Below are positions 19,216-27,229 of a stretch of DNA of 30,322 bases, in pieces; within the stretch, counting starts at the first letter, position 1; the number at the start of each line of letters is the position of its first letter. The stretch is from an uncultured Hyphomicrobiales bacterium (GTDB lineage: Bacteria > Pseudomonadota > Alphaproteobacteria > Rhizobiales > CAJQND01). The DNA lies in contig CAJQND010000192.1 of the NCBI GenBank assembly GCA_905479595.1, positions 1 to 30,322 of the forward strand, read 5' to 3'. The notes beneath the pieces were generated by a model. The model was not told where the DNA came from and searched no databases. It saw only the letters and a program-made list of their open reading frames with translations. The translations under genes and the position numbers were made by a program.

Positions 19216-20250
19216 ATGATTGAATTAAAACAGCGCGTGTTTTCCGGTGTTCAACCTACCGGAAATCTACATCTCGGCAATTATCTCGGCGCAATCGCCC
19301 GGTTTGCCGAACTGCAGAACTCCCACGAATGCATCTACTGCGTCGTCGATTTGCATGCAATCACCGTTTGGCAGGATCCCGCCAGTCTTGCCCATAACAC
19401 ACGTGAGGTTACGGCTGCCTACATCGCTGCCGGGATTAACCCGCAAGACCACATTATATTCAATCAATCACAAGTTGCCGAACATGCAGAACTGGCATGG
19501 ATGTTCAATTGTACAGCGCGTATCGGCTGGCTCAATCGCATGACCCAGTTTAAGGAAAAAGCGGGCAAGAACCGCGAGAATGCCTCGGTCGGGCTTTATG
19601 CCTATCCAAATCTGATGGCAGCCGACATTCTGGTCTATCGTGCAACCCATGTTCCGGTGGGTGAGGACCAAAAGCAGCACCTTGAGTTGTCTCGCGACAT
19701 TGCGCAGAAGTTTAATAACGACTTTTCCGAGCAAATCGCGGATCTTGGTTACAATGACGGTTTTTTCCCGCTGCCTGAGCCATTGATTACCGGGCCTGCG
19801 ACCCGTGTCATGAGCCTACGCGACGGATCGAAGAAAATGTCAAAATCTGACCCATCCGACCTGTCGCGGATAAACCTCACGGACGACGCTGATACAATCG
19901 CCAAGAAAATCCGCAAAGCAAAAACCGATCCTGAACCATTACCTTCCGAGACGGACGGATTAAAAGGCCGCCCAGAAGCTGAAAATCTCGTTGGCATTTT
20001 TGCAGCCCTATCCGGCGCAAGCGCTGACGAAGTCTTGCGCACCCATGGTGGCGCGCAATTCTCAAGTTTCAAACAGGACCTTGTAAATCTTGCTGTTGAG
20101 AAAATGGGGCCAATTGGAGCAGAAATGCAAAAGCTAATGGATGACACCGCCCATATTGATGCGATACTTGGCGATGGAGCAGCCCGTGCCCGGGAAATAG
20201 CAGCGCCTGTCTATGCTGAAGTAAAGAAAATCGCTGGCTTGATTGCATAG
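19216..20250 (+). CDS. trpS: Tryptophan--tRNA ligase
   Basis: [17 protein letters not shown] (HIGH motif), [27 protein letters not shown]. Confidence 0.98.
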   Translation: MIELKQRVFSGVQPTGNLHLGNYLGAIARFAELQNSHECIYCVVDLHAITVWQDPASLAHNTREVTAAYIAAGINPQDHIIFNQSQVAEHAELAWMFNCTARIGWLNRMTQFKEKAGKNRENASVGLYAYPNLMAADILVYRATHVPVGEDQKQHLELSRDIAQKFNNDFSEQIADLGYNDGFFPLPEPLITGPATRVMSLRDGSKKMSKSDPSDLSRINLTDDADTIAKKIRKAKTDPEPLPSETDGLKGRPEAENLVGIFAALSGASADEVLRTHGGAQFSSFKQDLVNLAVEKMGPIGAEMQKLMDDTAHIDAILGDGAARAREIAAPVYAEVKKIAGLIA

Positions 20251-20254
20251 ATTG

Positions 20255-20271
20255 TTTAGAATTGATCTAAA
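20255..20271. promoter_or_regulatory. Irr box / iron control element (ICE) upstream of nfuA
   Basis: TTTAGAA-TTG-ATCTAAA versus ICE consensus TTTAGAA-N3-TTCTAAA (1 mismatch), 48 bp upstream of an Fe-S biogenesis gene. Confidence 0.7.
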
Positions 20272-20319
20272 GAACCTGATGCTGCGTAAAAATGATGTAG
20301 CCCCTAGTGGAGAAATTTG

Positions 20320-20877
20320 ATGTTTATCCAAACCGAAGCCACGCCGAACCCTGCCACGTTGAAGTTCATTCCAGGCAAAGCGGTTGTTGAAGATGGTACG
20401 CGTGATTACCGCGACCCTGAAGCAGCCGTAGAATCACCTCTTGCTCAACGCCTGTTTCAGGTTTCCGGTATCACAGGGGTCTTCTTTGGATCAGACTTCA
20501 TAACGGTGACCAAAGACGAAACCGATTGGCAGCACCTCAAACCTGCCATTCTTGGGGTCATCATGGACCACTATATGTCTGGTGCACCTGTGATCGGTGA
20601 TGGTCCTGCAACCGCTACGGCTCGCGAAGAGGATTTTGACGAAACGGATATTGAGATCGTTGAGACTATCAAGGAACTTCTCGACACCCGGGTGCGCCCG
20701 GCAGTTGCGCAAGATGGCGGCGACATTACTTTCCACGCCTATCGCGATGGAATAGTGCATTTACACATGCAAGGCGCTTGCGCCGGGTGCCCATCATCAA
20801 CGGCAACGTTGAAGCAAGGCATTGAGAATTTGCTGCGCCACTTTATTCCAGAAGTTAATGAAGTTCGCCCGATCTGA
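20320..20877 (+). CDS. nfuA: NifU/NfuA family Fe-S cluster carrier
   Basis: MFIQTEATPNPATLKF (Nfu N-terminal domain), VFFGSDFITVTK, RVRPAVAQDGGDI, CxxC in GACAGCPSS, TLKQGIEN. Confidence 0.92.
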   Translation: MFIQTEATPNPATLKFIPGKAVVEDGTRDYRDPEAAVESPLAQRLFQVSGITGVFFGSDFITVTKDETDWQHLKPAILGVIMDHYMSGAPVIGDGPATATAREEDFDETDIEIVETIKELLDTRVRPAVAQDGGDITFHAYRDGIVHLHMQGACAGCPSSTATLKQGIENLLRHFIPEVNEVRPI

Positions 20878-20960
20878 TATCCTATTGAAGATTTCGTGAA
20901 GTAAATTCAATATTGCACATCAACAAGAAAGCGTCTTAAATCTTGAGCTAAACTTATAGC

Positions 20961-21563
20961 TTGAGGATTCTTACAATAGAAAATTCAGTTTCCACCGCTC
21001 GAATACGGTCCTCAAAATATTATTGGGTTGTGTTTTTAACTCTTGCTCTGGGTGTATTCCTCCCGTCGACCCAAAAATTGGGCACAGGCATATGGGGTTT
21101 TTCCTCCTCAGCGCAGGCACAAACCAAGGCCAAGAAAAAACCTTCAACAAGCCGTGGTGGAAAAAACCAACGCGCAGCAAATGATCGAAAAGCCTGGATT
21201 GCGGCGCGAAAGACGAACTCCTGTCCGTCCTATACAAATTATTTAAAAACATACCCACGTGGCCGCTACATGCGAAACGCGCGCACCATGCTTCGAAACT
21301 GTGGCCGCCCGCAGCAGGCAAAAAAACGCGGCAAGAGTGCTTACTGGGGATATTATCCACGTACCCGCTATCCGCTTTACCCTTATCACCGTTATCGTCC
21401 GTGGCCTCGTCCACCGCTCACGGTATATCCGCCCTATCCACGGCCTCCCATCATAGGTGGACCGGTACCAGAGTTGCCGATAGAACCGCCAATCGATCCC
21501 GGGCCAATCGACCCCGATTTCGGGGTGGAGGCTATGCCTTTGCCGAGCTTCGATTATTACTAG
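20961..21563 (+). CDS. Hypothetical exported protein with a helical-hairpin motif and an Arg/Tyr/Pro-rich low-complexity region; start uncertain
   Basis: 200-aa ORF filling a 0.8-kb gap. It has a hydrophobic stretch, an SAQA/Q signal-peptidase-like site and a W...NS..SY..YL..YP.G.Y..NAR motif. The TTG start has no clear SD. Confidence 0.6.
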   Translation: MRILTIENSVSTARIRSSKYYWVVFLTLALGVFLPSTQKLGTGIWGFSSSAQAQTKAKKKPSTSRGGKNQRAANDRKAWIAARKTNSCPSYTNYLKTYPRGRYMRNARTMLRNCGRPQQAKKRGKSAYWGYYPRTRYPLYPYHRYRPWPRPPLTVYPPYPRPPIIGGPVPELPIEPPIDPGPIDPDFGVEAMPLPSFDYY

Positions 21564-21687
21564 ATCGCATGTGCGAGCGAAACTTTTCTAAAAAAAGTGT
21601 TGCCGATCTGTGCAGTTGCCTTACCCTGCGGCATTGAACCAACAAAAAATTAAATGGAAAAACCATTTTGGTTTAAGGGAGGACTAA

Positions 21688-22644
21688 ATGTTTAAAAAAA
21701 CCATGACCGCGGCGCTATTGTCGCTCACACTCGGACTTCCGGCAGCCTATGCTGCCGAGATGGGTGCCAAGGACGAAACCATCAAACTGACGATTAATGA
21801 ATGGACTGGTCAGCATATTTCGGCCCACATCGCGGGTGAAACACTAAAGAAAGCCGGCTACAAAGTTGAGTATGTTACCGCCGGATACGATTCCCAGTTT
21901 ACGGCAATTGCCGATGGCGAACTGCACGGCACCATGGAAGTGTGGAGCAGTAATGCACCAGACCTCTGGAAGAAAATGTCTGAAGCAGGCAAGGTTGTTG
22001 ATATTGGCGATACAGGGTTGAAAGCCCGCGAAGGTATCGTTTATCCAATCCACGTCAAAGAAATTTGCCCGGGCTTGCCCGCTTGGGAAGCTCTGAAGGA
22101 ATGTGCAGGCAAATTCGCTACGGCTGAAACCCTTCCGCAGGGTCGTCTCATTGACTATCCCGCTGACTGGGGTACGCCGGGTGCTGACCGGATGAAAGGT
22201 TTGAAATTACCATTCAAAGCCGTGCCCGCCGGTAGCGAGGGTGCTTTGATTTCTGAAATGAAAGCATCAATCGCCAAGAAAAGCCCTTTGCTCATCGTGT
22301 TCTGGCAACCACATTGGGCATTGTCGAAATACAAAACCGAATGGGTTGATCTGCCAAAGGCTGAAGACGCCTGCTTTAGCGACCCCAAATGGGGTGTTAA
22401 TCCTGATGACGTCAATGACTGCGATTTCGCGCCAGCGCGAGTGTTTAAAGTCGTGTGGTCTGGCTTTGAGAAAAAATGGCCTGCTGCCCATGTGATTTTG
22501 AAAAACGTCTCCATTCCAACGGAAGACCAGCAGAACATGATGGCAGAAATCGACCAGGATGGTGGTAAGCTTGAAAAGGTGATCGAAACCTGGATGGCTA
22601 GCAACGAGGCGAAGTGGAAACCTTGGATCGAAGCGTCGAAGTAA
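21688..22644 (+). CDS. Glycine betaine/proline-family ABC transporter substrate-binding protein, TmoX-like clade
   Basis: Strong SD (AAGGGAGG), signal peptide, INEW, MEVW, CPGLPAWEALKECAGKFATAET..GR..D.PADW, VFWQPHW, KKWP, W...NE..WKPW. Confidence 0.9.
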   Translation: MFKKTMTAALLSLTLGLPAAYAAEMGAKDETIKLTINEWTGQHISAHIAGETLKKAGYKVEYVTAGYDSQFTAIADGELHGTMEVWSSNAPDLWKKMSEAGKVVDIGDTGLKAREGIVYPIHVKEICPGLPAWEALKECAGKFATAETLPQGRLIDYPADWGTPGADRMKGLKLPFKAVPAGSEGALISEMKASIAKKSPLLIVFWQPHWALSKYKTEWVDLPKAEDACFSDPKWGVNPDDVNDCDFAPARVFKVVWSGFEKKWPAAHVILKNVSIPTEDQQNMMAEIDQDGGKLEKVIETWMASNEAKWKPWIEASK

Positions 22645-22665
22645 ATTCGATTACTGATCATGATT

Positions 22666-22706
22666 AAAAACGCGCGTATGGGATTTATTTCCGTATGCGC
22701 GTTTTT
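22666..22706 (+). terminator. Intercistronic stem-loop (partial terminator or mRNA stabiliser) after the SBP gene
   Basis: AAAAACGCGCGTATGGGA-TTTAT-TTCCGTATGCGCGTTTTT forms an 18-bp stem with 3 G-U pairs; the U-rich 3' end continues TTTTTCGTTT. Confidence 0.75.
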
Positions 22707-22738
22707 CGTTTACGGTACGGGTATTGGGGGAAGTACAA

Positions 22739-23803
22739 ATGGCTGGTGAGGGAAAAACCGCGCTTGAATGTCGCAATCTTTGGCGGGTTTTCGGCGACGC
22801 ACATGGGGGTAAACTCGCCAATTCAGCCTTACCGAAAGGCGATGACGCCATTCGCCTTGCTGAGGAAATGAGCTCAGCCGGTGACATTGTTGCCTGTGGC
22901 GATATCAATCTGAAAATTAAAGATGGCGAGTTCTTTGTGCTCATGGGACTTTCGGGGTCAGGAAAGTCCACGCTTATGCGCTGCATGTCGCGATTGACCG
23001 AGCCAAGTGCTGGCGAGTTGTTGATTGACGGCGAGGATTTTCTTGGAATTTCTGATCAGGAACTGATGGAAGTCAGACGCCGAAAAATGGGTATGGTATT
23101 CCAGCACTTCGGCCTTTTTCCGCATATGAGTGTACGCGAAAACGTTGCTTTCCCGCTGCGGGTGCAAGGTGCATCGGAAGCTGAGCGGAATGCAAAAGCA
23201 GATGAGATGATAACCCTCGTCGGACTTGATGGCCGAGAAGATGCGTTTCCACATCAATTATCGGGCGGCCAGAAACAACGTGTCGGCATTGCTCGCAGCC
23301 TGGCGGTTGATCCAGAACTTTGGTTCCTTGATGAACCGTTCAGCGCCCTTGATCCGCTGATCAGATGGCAGATGCAGTCTGAACTGCTACGCCTGCAGAC
23401 CCTGTTTCACAAAACAATCATCTTCGTTACCCACGATTTCATGGAAGCTGTGCGTTTGGCAGACCGGATAGCCATCATGAAAGACGGCCTTGTGGTGCAA
23501 GTGGGAACACCTGAAGACATCGTGCTTAATCCCGCAACTGATTATGTTGCCGAATTTGTCAAAGAAGCGCCACGCACCAAAATCATCAAAATTTCCCAAC
23601 TCATGGAACCGCTCAAGACAGGGAAACCAAAAAAATCTGGCGGAGAGGCGCTACATTGCGACATGACCCTGGAGGATGCCTTATCGTGGAGCGCCGTGCG
23701 TGGCGGCGCGCTGCCTGTCGCTGATGAAGACGGGAATATGATTGGCACCGTGCCGCCAGAGCGGTTGACGGCAGCCCTTAGTGGTGGCGACGATGGCGAG
23801 TGA
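22739..23803 (+). CDS. Betaine-family ABC transporter ATP-binding subunit (ProV/OpuAA-like) with degenerate C-terminal CBS region
   Basis: Walker A GLSGSGKST, Q-loop MVFQHFGL, signature LSGGQKQRVG, Walker B LDEPFSALDP, FVTHD. The ATG at 22739 follows a GGGGGA SD. Confidence 0.93.
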   Translation: MAGEGKTALECRNLWRVFGDAHGGKLANSALPKGDDAIRLAEEMSSAGDIVACGDINLKIKDGEFFVLMGLSGSGKSTLMRCMSRLTEPSAGELLIDGEDFLGISDQELMEVRRRKMGMVFQHFGLFPHMSVRENVAFPLRVQGASEAERNAKADEMITLVGLDGREDAFPHQLSGGQKQRVGIARSLAVDPELWFLDEPFSALDPLIRWQMQSELLRLQTLFHKTIIFVTHDFMEAVRLADRIAIMKDGLVVQVGTPEDIVLNPATDYVAEFVKEAPRTKIIKISQLMEPLKTGKPKKSGGEALHCDMTLEDALSWSAVRGGALPVADEDGNMIGTVPPERLTAALSGGDDGE

Positions 23804-25883
23804 CATTACCAATCAAAGCGGGCTTGACGTAAAATTTCCTGAATCCGTATGGGGTTGGTTGCTCATCATACTGCTAGCCCTAATTTGCGGCGTTTTCGCA
23901 AGCAGTGTGCCGTGGTTGGTCAAATACCCGCAAAACTGGTTCGTACCGCTCGCGGACTGGATCAATATTTTCACAGATTGGTTTGAAGCCATTGCAAAGC
24001 CGGTAACCCGGTTCATCGGGAACTTGCTAGAACTTCCGATGCAAGGATTGCGGGAGGTATTGCAATGGGTTCCGTGGCCGGTAACCGTTCTTGCCGTTGC
24101 TCTACTCGCATTGCATGCCTCAGGCTGGGGGCTTGTTGTGATATGCGTGCTTGCTAGCCTCTACATTGCATTGTCTGGGTATTGGGAACAGGCGATGAAT
24201 ACCATGGCTCTGGTTGGGGTCGCGGTGCCGTTGTCTTTATTGTTGGGGCTGGGATTGGGCATATACGCGAGCCGCACCCGTTCTGGCCAACGTATCATGC
24301 CGCCTATTCTCGATTTAATGCAGACAATACCAACATTTGCCTATCTCATTCCGATGTTGGTTCTGTTCGGCTTCGGGCCGGTTGTGGGCCTCATCGCCAG
24401 TGCCATATATGCTTGTCCACCAATGGTTCGAAATGTGTCGCTTGGCTTGCAATCAGTGCCAGAAGAAATTCGTGAAGCCGCGCGCATGAGTGGGTCTTCG
24501 TCCTACCAGCAGTTGTTTTGGGTCGAGATTCCAGCCGCTATGGGCCAGATCAAGGTAGGCATCAACCAGACTATCATGGCCGCCCTTTCCATGGTGATTA
24601 TCGCCTCAGTGATTGGCGGCTTTAACGACATCGGCTGGGAAGTTCTGAGCACTATGCGCAAGGCGCGGTTTGGCGATAGCTTGCTGGCGGGCGTCGTGAT
24701 TGTGTTTATCGCCATCATCATGGATCGCATTTCTGCAGCTTATGCCAACCGTGACTACCTAAGTTCCGGCTCAGATGCACCAAGCAAACACCATTTTCTC
24801 ATCGCCGCCGGTGCCCTTATTGTTTTGTGCGCAGTTCTCAAGTTTTTTGACATTGGCACAGCCATCGAAGAGGCCGATTGGGCAAAAAGCATTGCTGATT
24901 GGCTTAACCTTAAGCTCGATGAATTCGTCGGCGCTTATGGCGACATCCTCACTTCCATAAAGAATTTTTTCTATTTCTTCTATCTTCTTCCACTACGTAC
25001 CGGTCTGTCCCAATCCATCTTGCCTTTCACCTGGGGGTTTGATTTCACCGGGCCAATGCGCATTTCATATGCTGTGATGTGCGTACTCGGTGCAATTGGT
25101 GTCGGCATGAGATGGGGCTGGCAAAAAGGGCTTGGTGTGGCAATTCTCGCCTACCTTCTTTATTTTGGAACAACCGGCGCGCCGTGGAGTGTAGTGATTG
25201 CCACACTCACGTATCTTGGTTGGCAGGTTGGCGGCAGAAAGACCGGGCTGTTTGTATTGGGCGCACTTGGCTTCATTCTTCTAACGGGAATGTGGGAACG
25301 TGCCATGCTTTCCGTTTATCTGTGTGGTGCCGCTGCAATCATGTCGTTTCTCTTTGGCGCATCGGTCGGTGTATGGGCGGCATCAAATGACACTGTTTCT
25401 GCAATTGTGCGGCCTATCTGCGACACCTTTCAAACAATTCCGCTTTTTGTGTTCCTGATTCCTACACTGATGTTTTTCCAACTCGGTGAGTTCACTGCCC
25501 TGCTTGCCATTATCGCTTATGCATTTGTACCTGCAATTCGCTACACGGAAAATGGATTGCGTGAAGTTTCTCCGCAATTGCTAGAGGTTGCGGTGGAGCA
25601 AGGTTGCACACCGTCGCAGATTTTCTGGCAGGTTAAGCTGCCCCTGGCAATGCCGTCCATGATGGTGGGCCTGAACCAGACCATCATGTATGCCTTCGCC
25701 ATGTTGGTGATTGCAGCTCTTGTGGGAACCACCGGCCTTGGCCAACAGATTTATCAGGCGCTGACTGCAGCAAATACTGGTCTTGGGGTTGTATCGGGGC
25801 TTTCCATGGCGCTTTTGGCGATGACCGCCGATAGGATCATGCAAGCCTGGGCCGCCAACCGCTATGCAGGGCTGGATGGATAG
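23793..25883 (+). CDS. Betaine-family ABC transporter permease with two fused ProW-like domains
   Basis: Two repeats of the ProW core (LDLMQTIPTFAYLIP...EAA motif...GINQTIM and CDTFQTIPLFVFLIP...GLNQTIM). It overlaps the 3' end of the ATPase gene. Confidence 0.92.
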   Translation: MASDITNQSGLDVKFPESVWGWLLIILLALICGVFASSVPWLVKYPQNWFVPLADWINIFTDWFEAIAKPVTRFIGNLLELPMQGLREVLQWVPWPVTVLAVALLALHASGWGLVVICVLASLYIALSGYWEQAMNTMALVGVAVPLSLLLGLGLGIYASRTRSGQRIMPPILDLMQTIPTFAYLIPMLVLFGFGPVVGLIASAIYACPPMVRNVSLGLQSVPEEIREAARMSGSSSYQQLFWVEIPAAMGQIKVGINQTIMAALSMVIIASVIGGFNDIGWEVLSTMRKARFGDSLLAGVVIVFIAIIMDRISAAYANRDYLSSGSDAPSKHHFLIAAGALIVLCAVLKFFDIGTAIEEADWAKSIADWLNLKLDEFVGAYGDILTSIKNFFYFFYLLPLRTGLSQSILPFTWGFDFTGPMRISYAVMCVLGAIGVGMRWGWQKGLGVAILAYLLYFGTTGAPWSVVIATLTYLGWQVGGRKTGLFVLGALGFILLTGMWERAMLSVYLCGAAAIMSFLFGASVGVWAASNDTVSAIVRPICDTFQTIPLFVFLIPTLMFFQLGEFTALLAIIAYAFVPAIRYTENGLREVSPQLLEVAVEQGCTPSQIFWQVKLPLAMPSMMVGLNQTIMYAFAMLVIAALVGTTGLGQQIYQALTAANTGLGVVSGLSMALLAMTADRIMQAWAANRYAGLDG

Positions 25884-25886
25884 ACT

Positions 25887-27089
25887 TTAACTGCTTGTGC
25901 GGATGGTCGCATCGTCTCGCAAATAGACTTGCTTGTTCAAGGCAAGGCCAAGGCCAGGACCTTCCGGTGCCTGGATAAATCCATTTTCCAAGGGCGGTGG
26001 TGTGTCCACCATTTGGTGATACCAGCCATGATAAAAGGCCCGGGCGATTTCTTGCTCAACGACATTTGGGCAATTCAGCGCAAGATGGGTTGAACACGTC
26101 AATGTCACGGGGCCGGAACAATCGTGGAAAGCGACCGGTTTTGCGAATGATTCCGCCATACCGGCGGCTTTTTTTGCAAATGTGATTCCACCACCCCACG
26201 TCACATCAACAATCAATGTAGAAAGAGCCACTGGTTCGAGCAGTTCCCTGATTTGCCCAAGCCCGCCAAGGGTTTCCCCGCCCGCAAGAGGGGCTCGGGT
26301 TGCCGCTGCCAATTCGCCCAAATCTTGAATTCGGTCCATCCAGATAGGATCTTCCACCCAATCAACATCGAGCGGTTCCAATGCAGCGCAAATCTTTTTA
26401 GCGGCAGGCAAGCTCCACAATCCGTGCAACTCTGCCTTCAGGTCCATTTTATCCCCATGGGCTTTGCGCACTTTTTCAAATGGTGCCAGCGCCTTTTTGA
26501 GGTCTGCAACAGAGATATCCATGCCATCACCCGCCCCTTCGGCAAAATCAAATGGCCAGATTTTCATGGATGAAATACCCGAAGCGAGAAGTTCAGCAGC
26601 AAGCTCATCTGCGCACGTTAAGAACCCTTGCAAATCTTCATATGTTTGCGTTTCTCCATCCGTCCCCGGTAGTCCGAAATTTCCAGGTCGTACATCGGAG
26701 GTTTTGGAAACATAATCTGGCCCGGCACATGTATTGTAGACTTTGACCTGCTCCCGGCACGCCCCCCCGAGAAGATCATGAATGGGCATCCCTGCCGCTT
26801 TCCCCGCGATATCCCAAAGGGCCACATCAATTGCAGATAAGGCGCGGATTTCCGTTCCGGTTCCGGCAAACCCCACATAGGGTCGCATCTTTCGGTTCAG
26901 CATTTCGATATTCGATGCGTCTTCCCCTAGTATCAAAGGCACAATGCGATCATGGATATCTGCTTCAACTGCACTCGCTCCAAACCAGGTTTCACCAAGC
27001 CCGGTTATGCCGGCATCCGTGGTTATTTCCACCCAAATAATGCTTGGTTTCTCATTCAGGCGAATAGTTTTGACTTCGGCGATTTTCAT
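25887..27089 (-). CDS. Mandelate racemase/muconate lactonizing enzyme family protein (MR subgroup), second paralog
   Basis: WVEITTDAGITGLGET, AIDVALWDIAGK..GMPIHDLLGG, YNTCAG, MKIWPFD, AELH, WVEDP, GGE, VD, FHDC, PGLGL. The start is reassigned to the ATG at 27089 (MKIAEVK). Confidence 0.9.
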   Translation of the reverse strand: MKIAEVKTIRLNEKPSIIWVEITTDAGITGLGETWFGASAVEADIHDRIVPLILGEDASNIEMLNRKMRPYVGFAGTGTEIRALSAIDVALWDIAGKAAGMPIHDLLGGACREQVKVYNTCAGPDYVSKTSDVRPGNFGLPGTDGETQTYEDLQGFLTCADELAAELLASGISSMKIWPFDFAEGAGDGMDISVADLKKALAPFEKVRKAHGDKMDLKAELHGLWSLPAAKKICAALEPLDVDWVEDPIWMDRIQDLGELAAATRAPLAGGETLGGLGQIRELLEPVALSTLIVDVTWGGGITFAKKAAGMAESFAKPVAFHDCSGPVTLTCSTHLALNCPNVVEQEIARAFYHGWYHQMVDTPPPLENGFIQAPEGPGLGLALNKQVYLRDDATIRTSS

Positions 27090-27229
27090 TAAACGGGCCT
27101 TTCTGAGTTTTCGGAGACGCTTATCTGCACCATAAAGCAAAATCAACAAGCCATAACGCTTGAAAATTCATAAATTCCACGCCATCCTGAAATCCAATCA
27201 AGAAGATTAAATTCAGGGTGGGATGTAAA

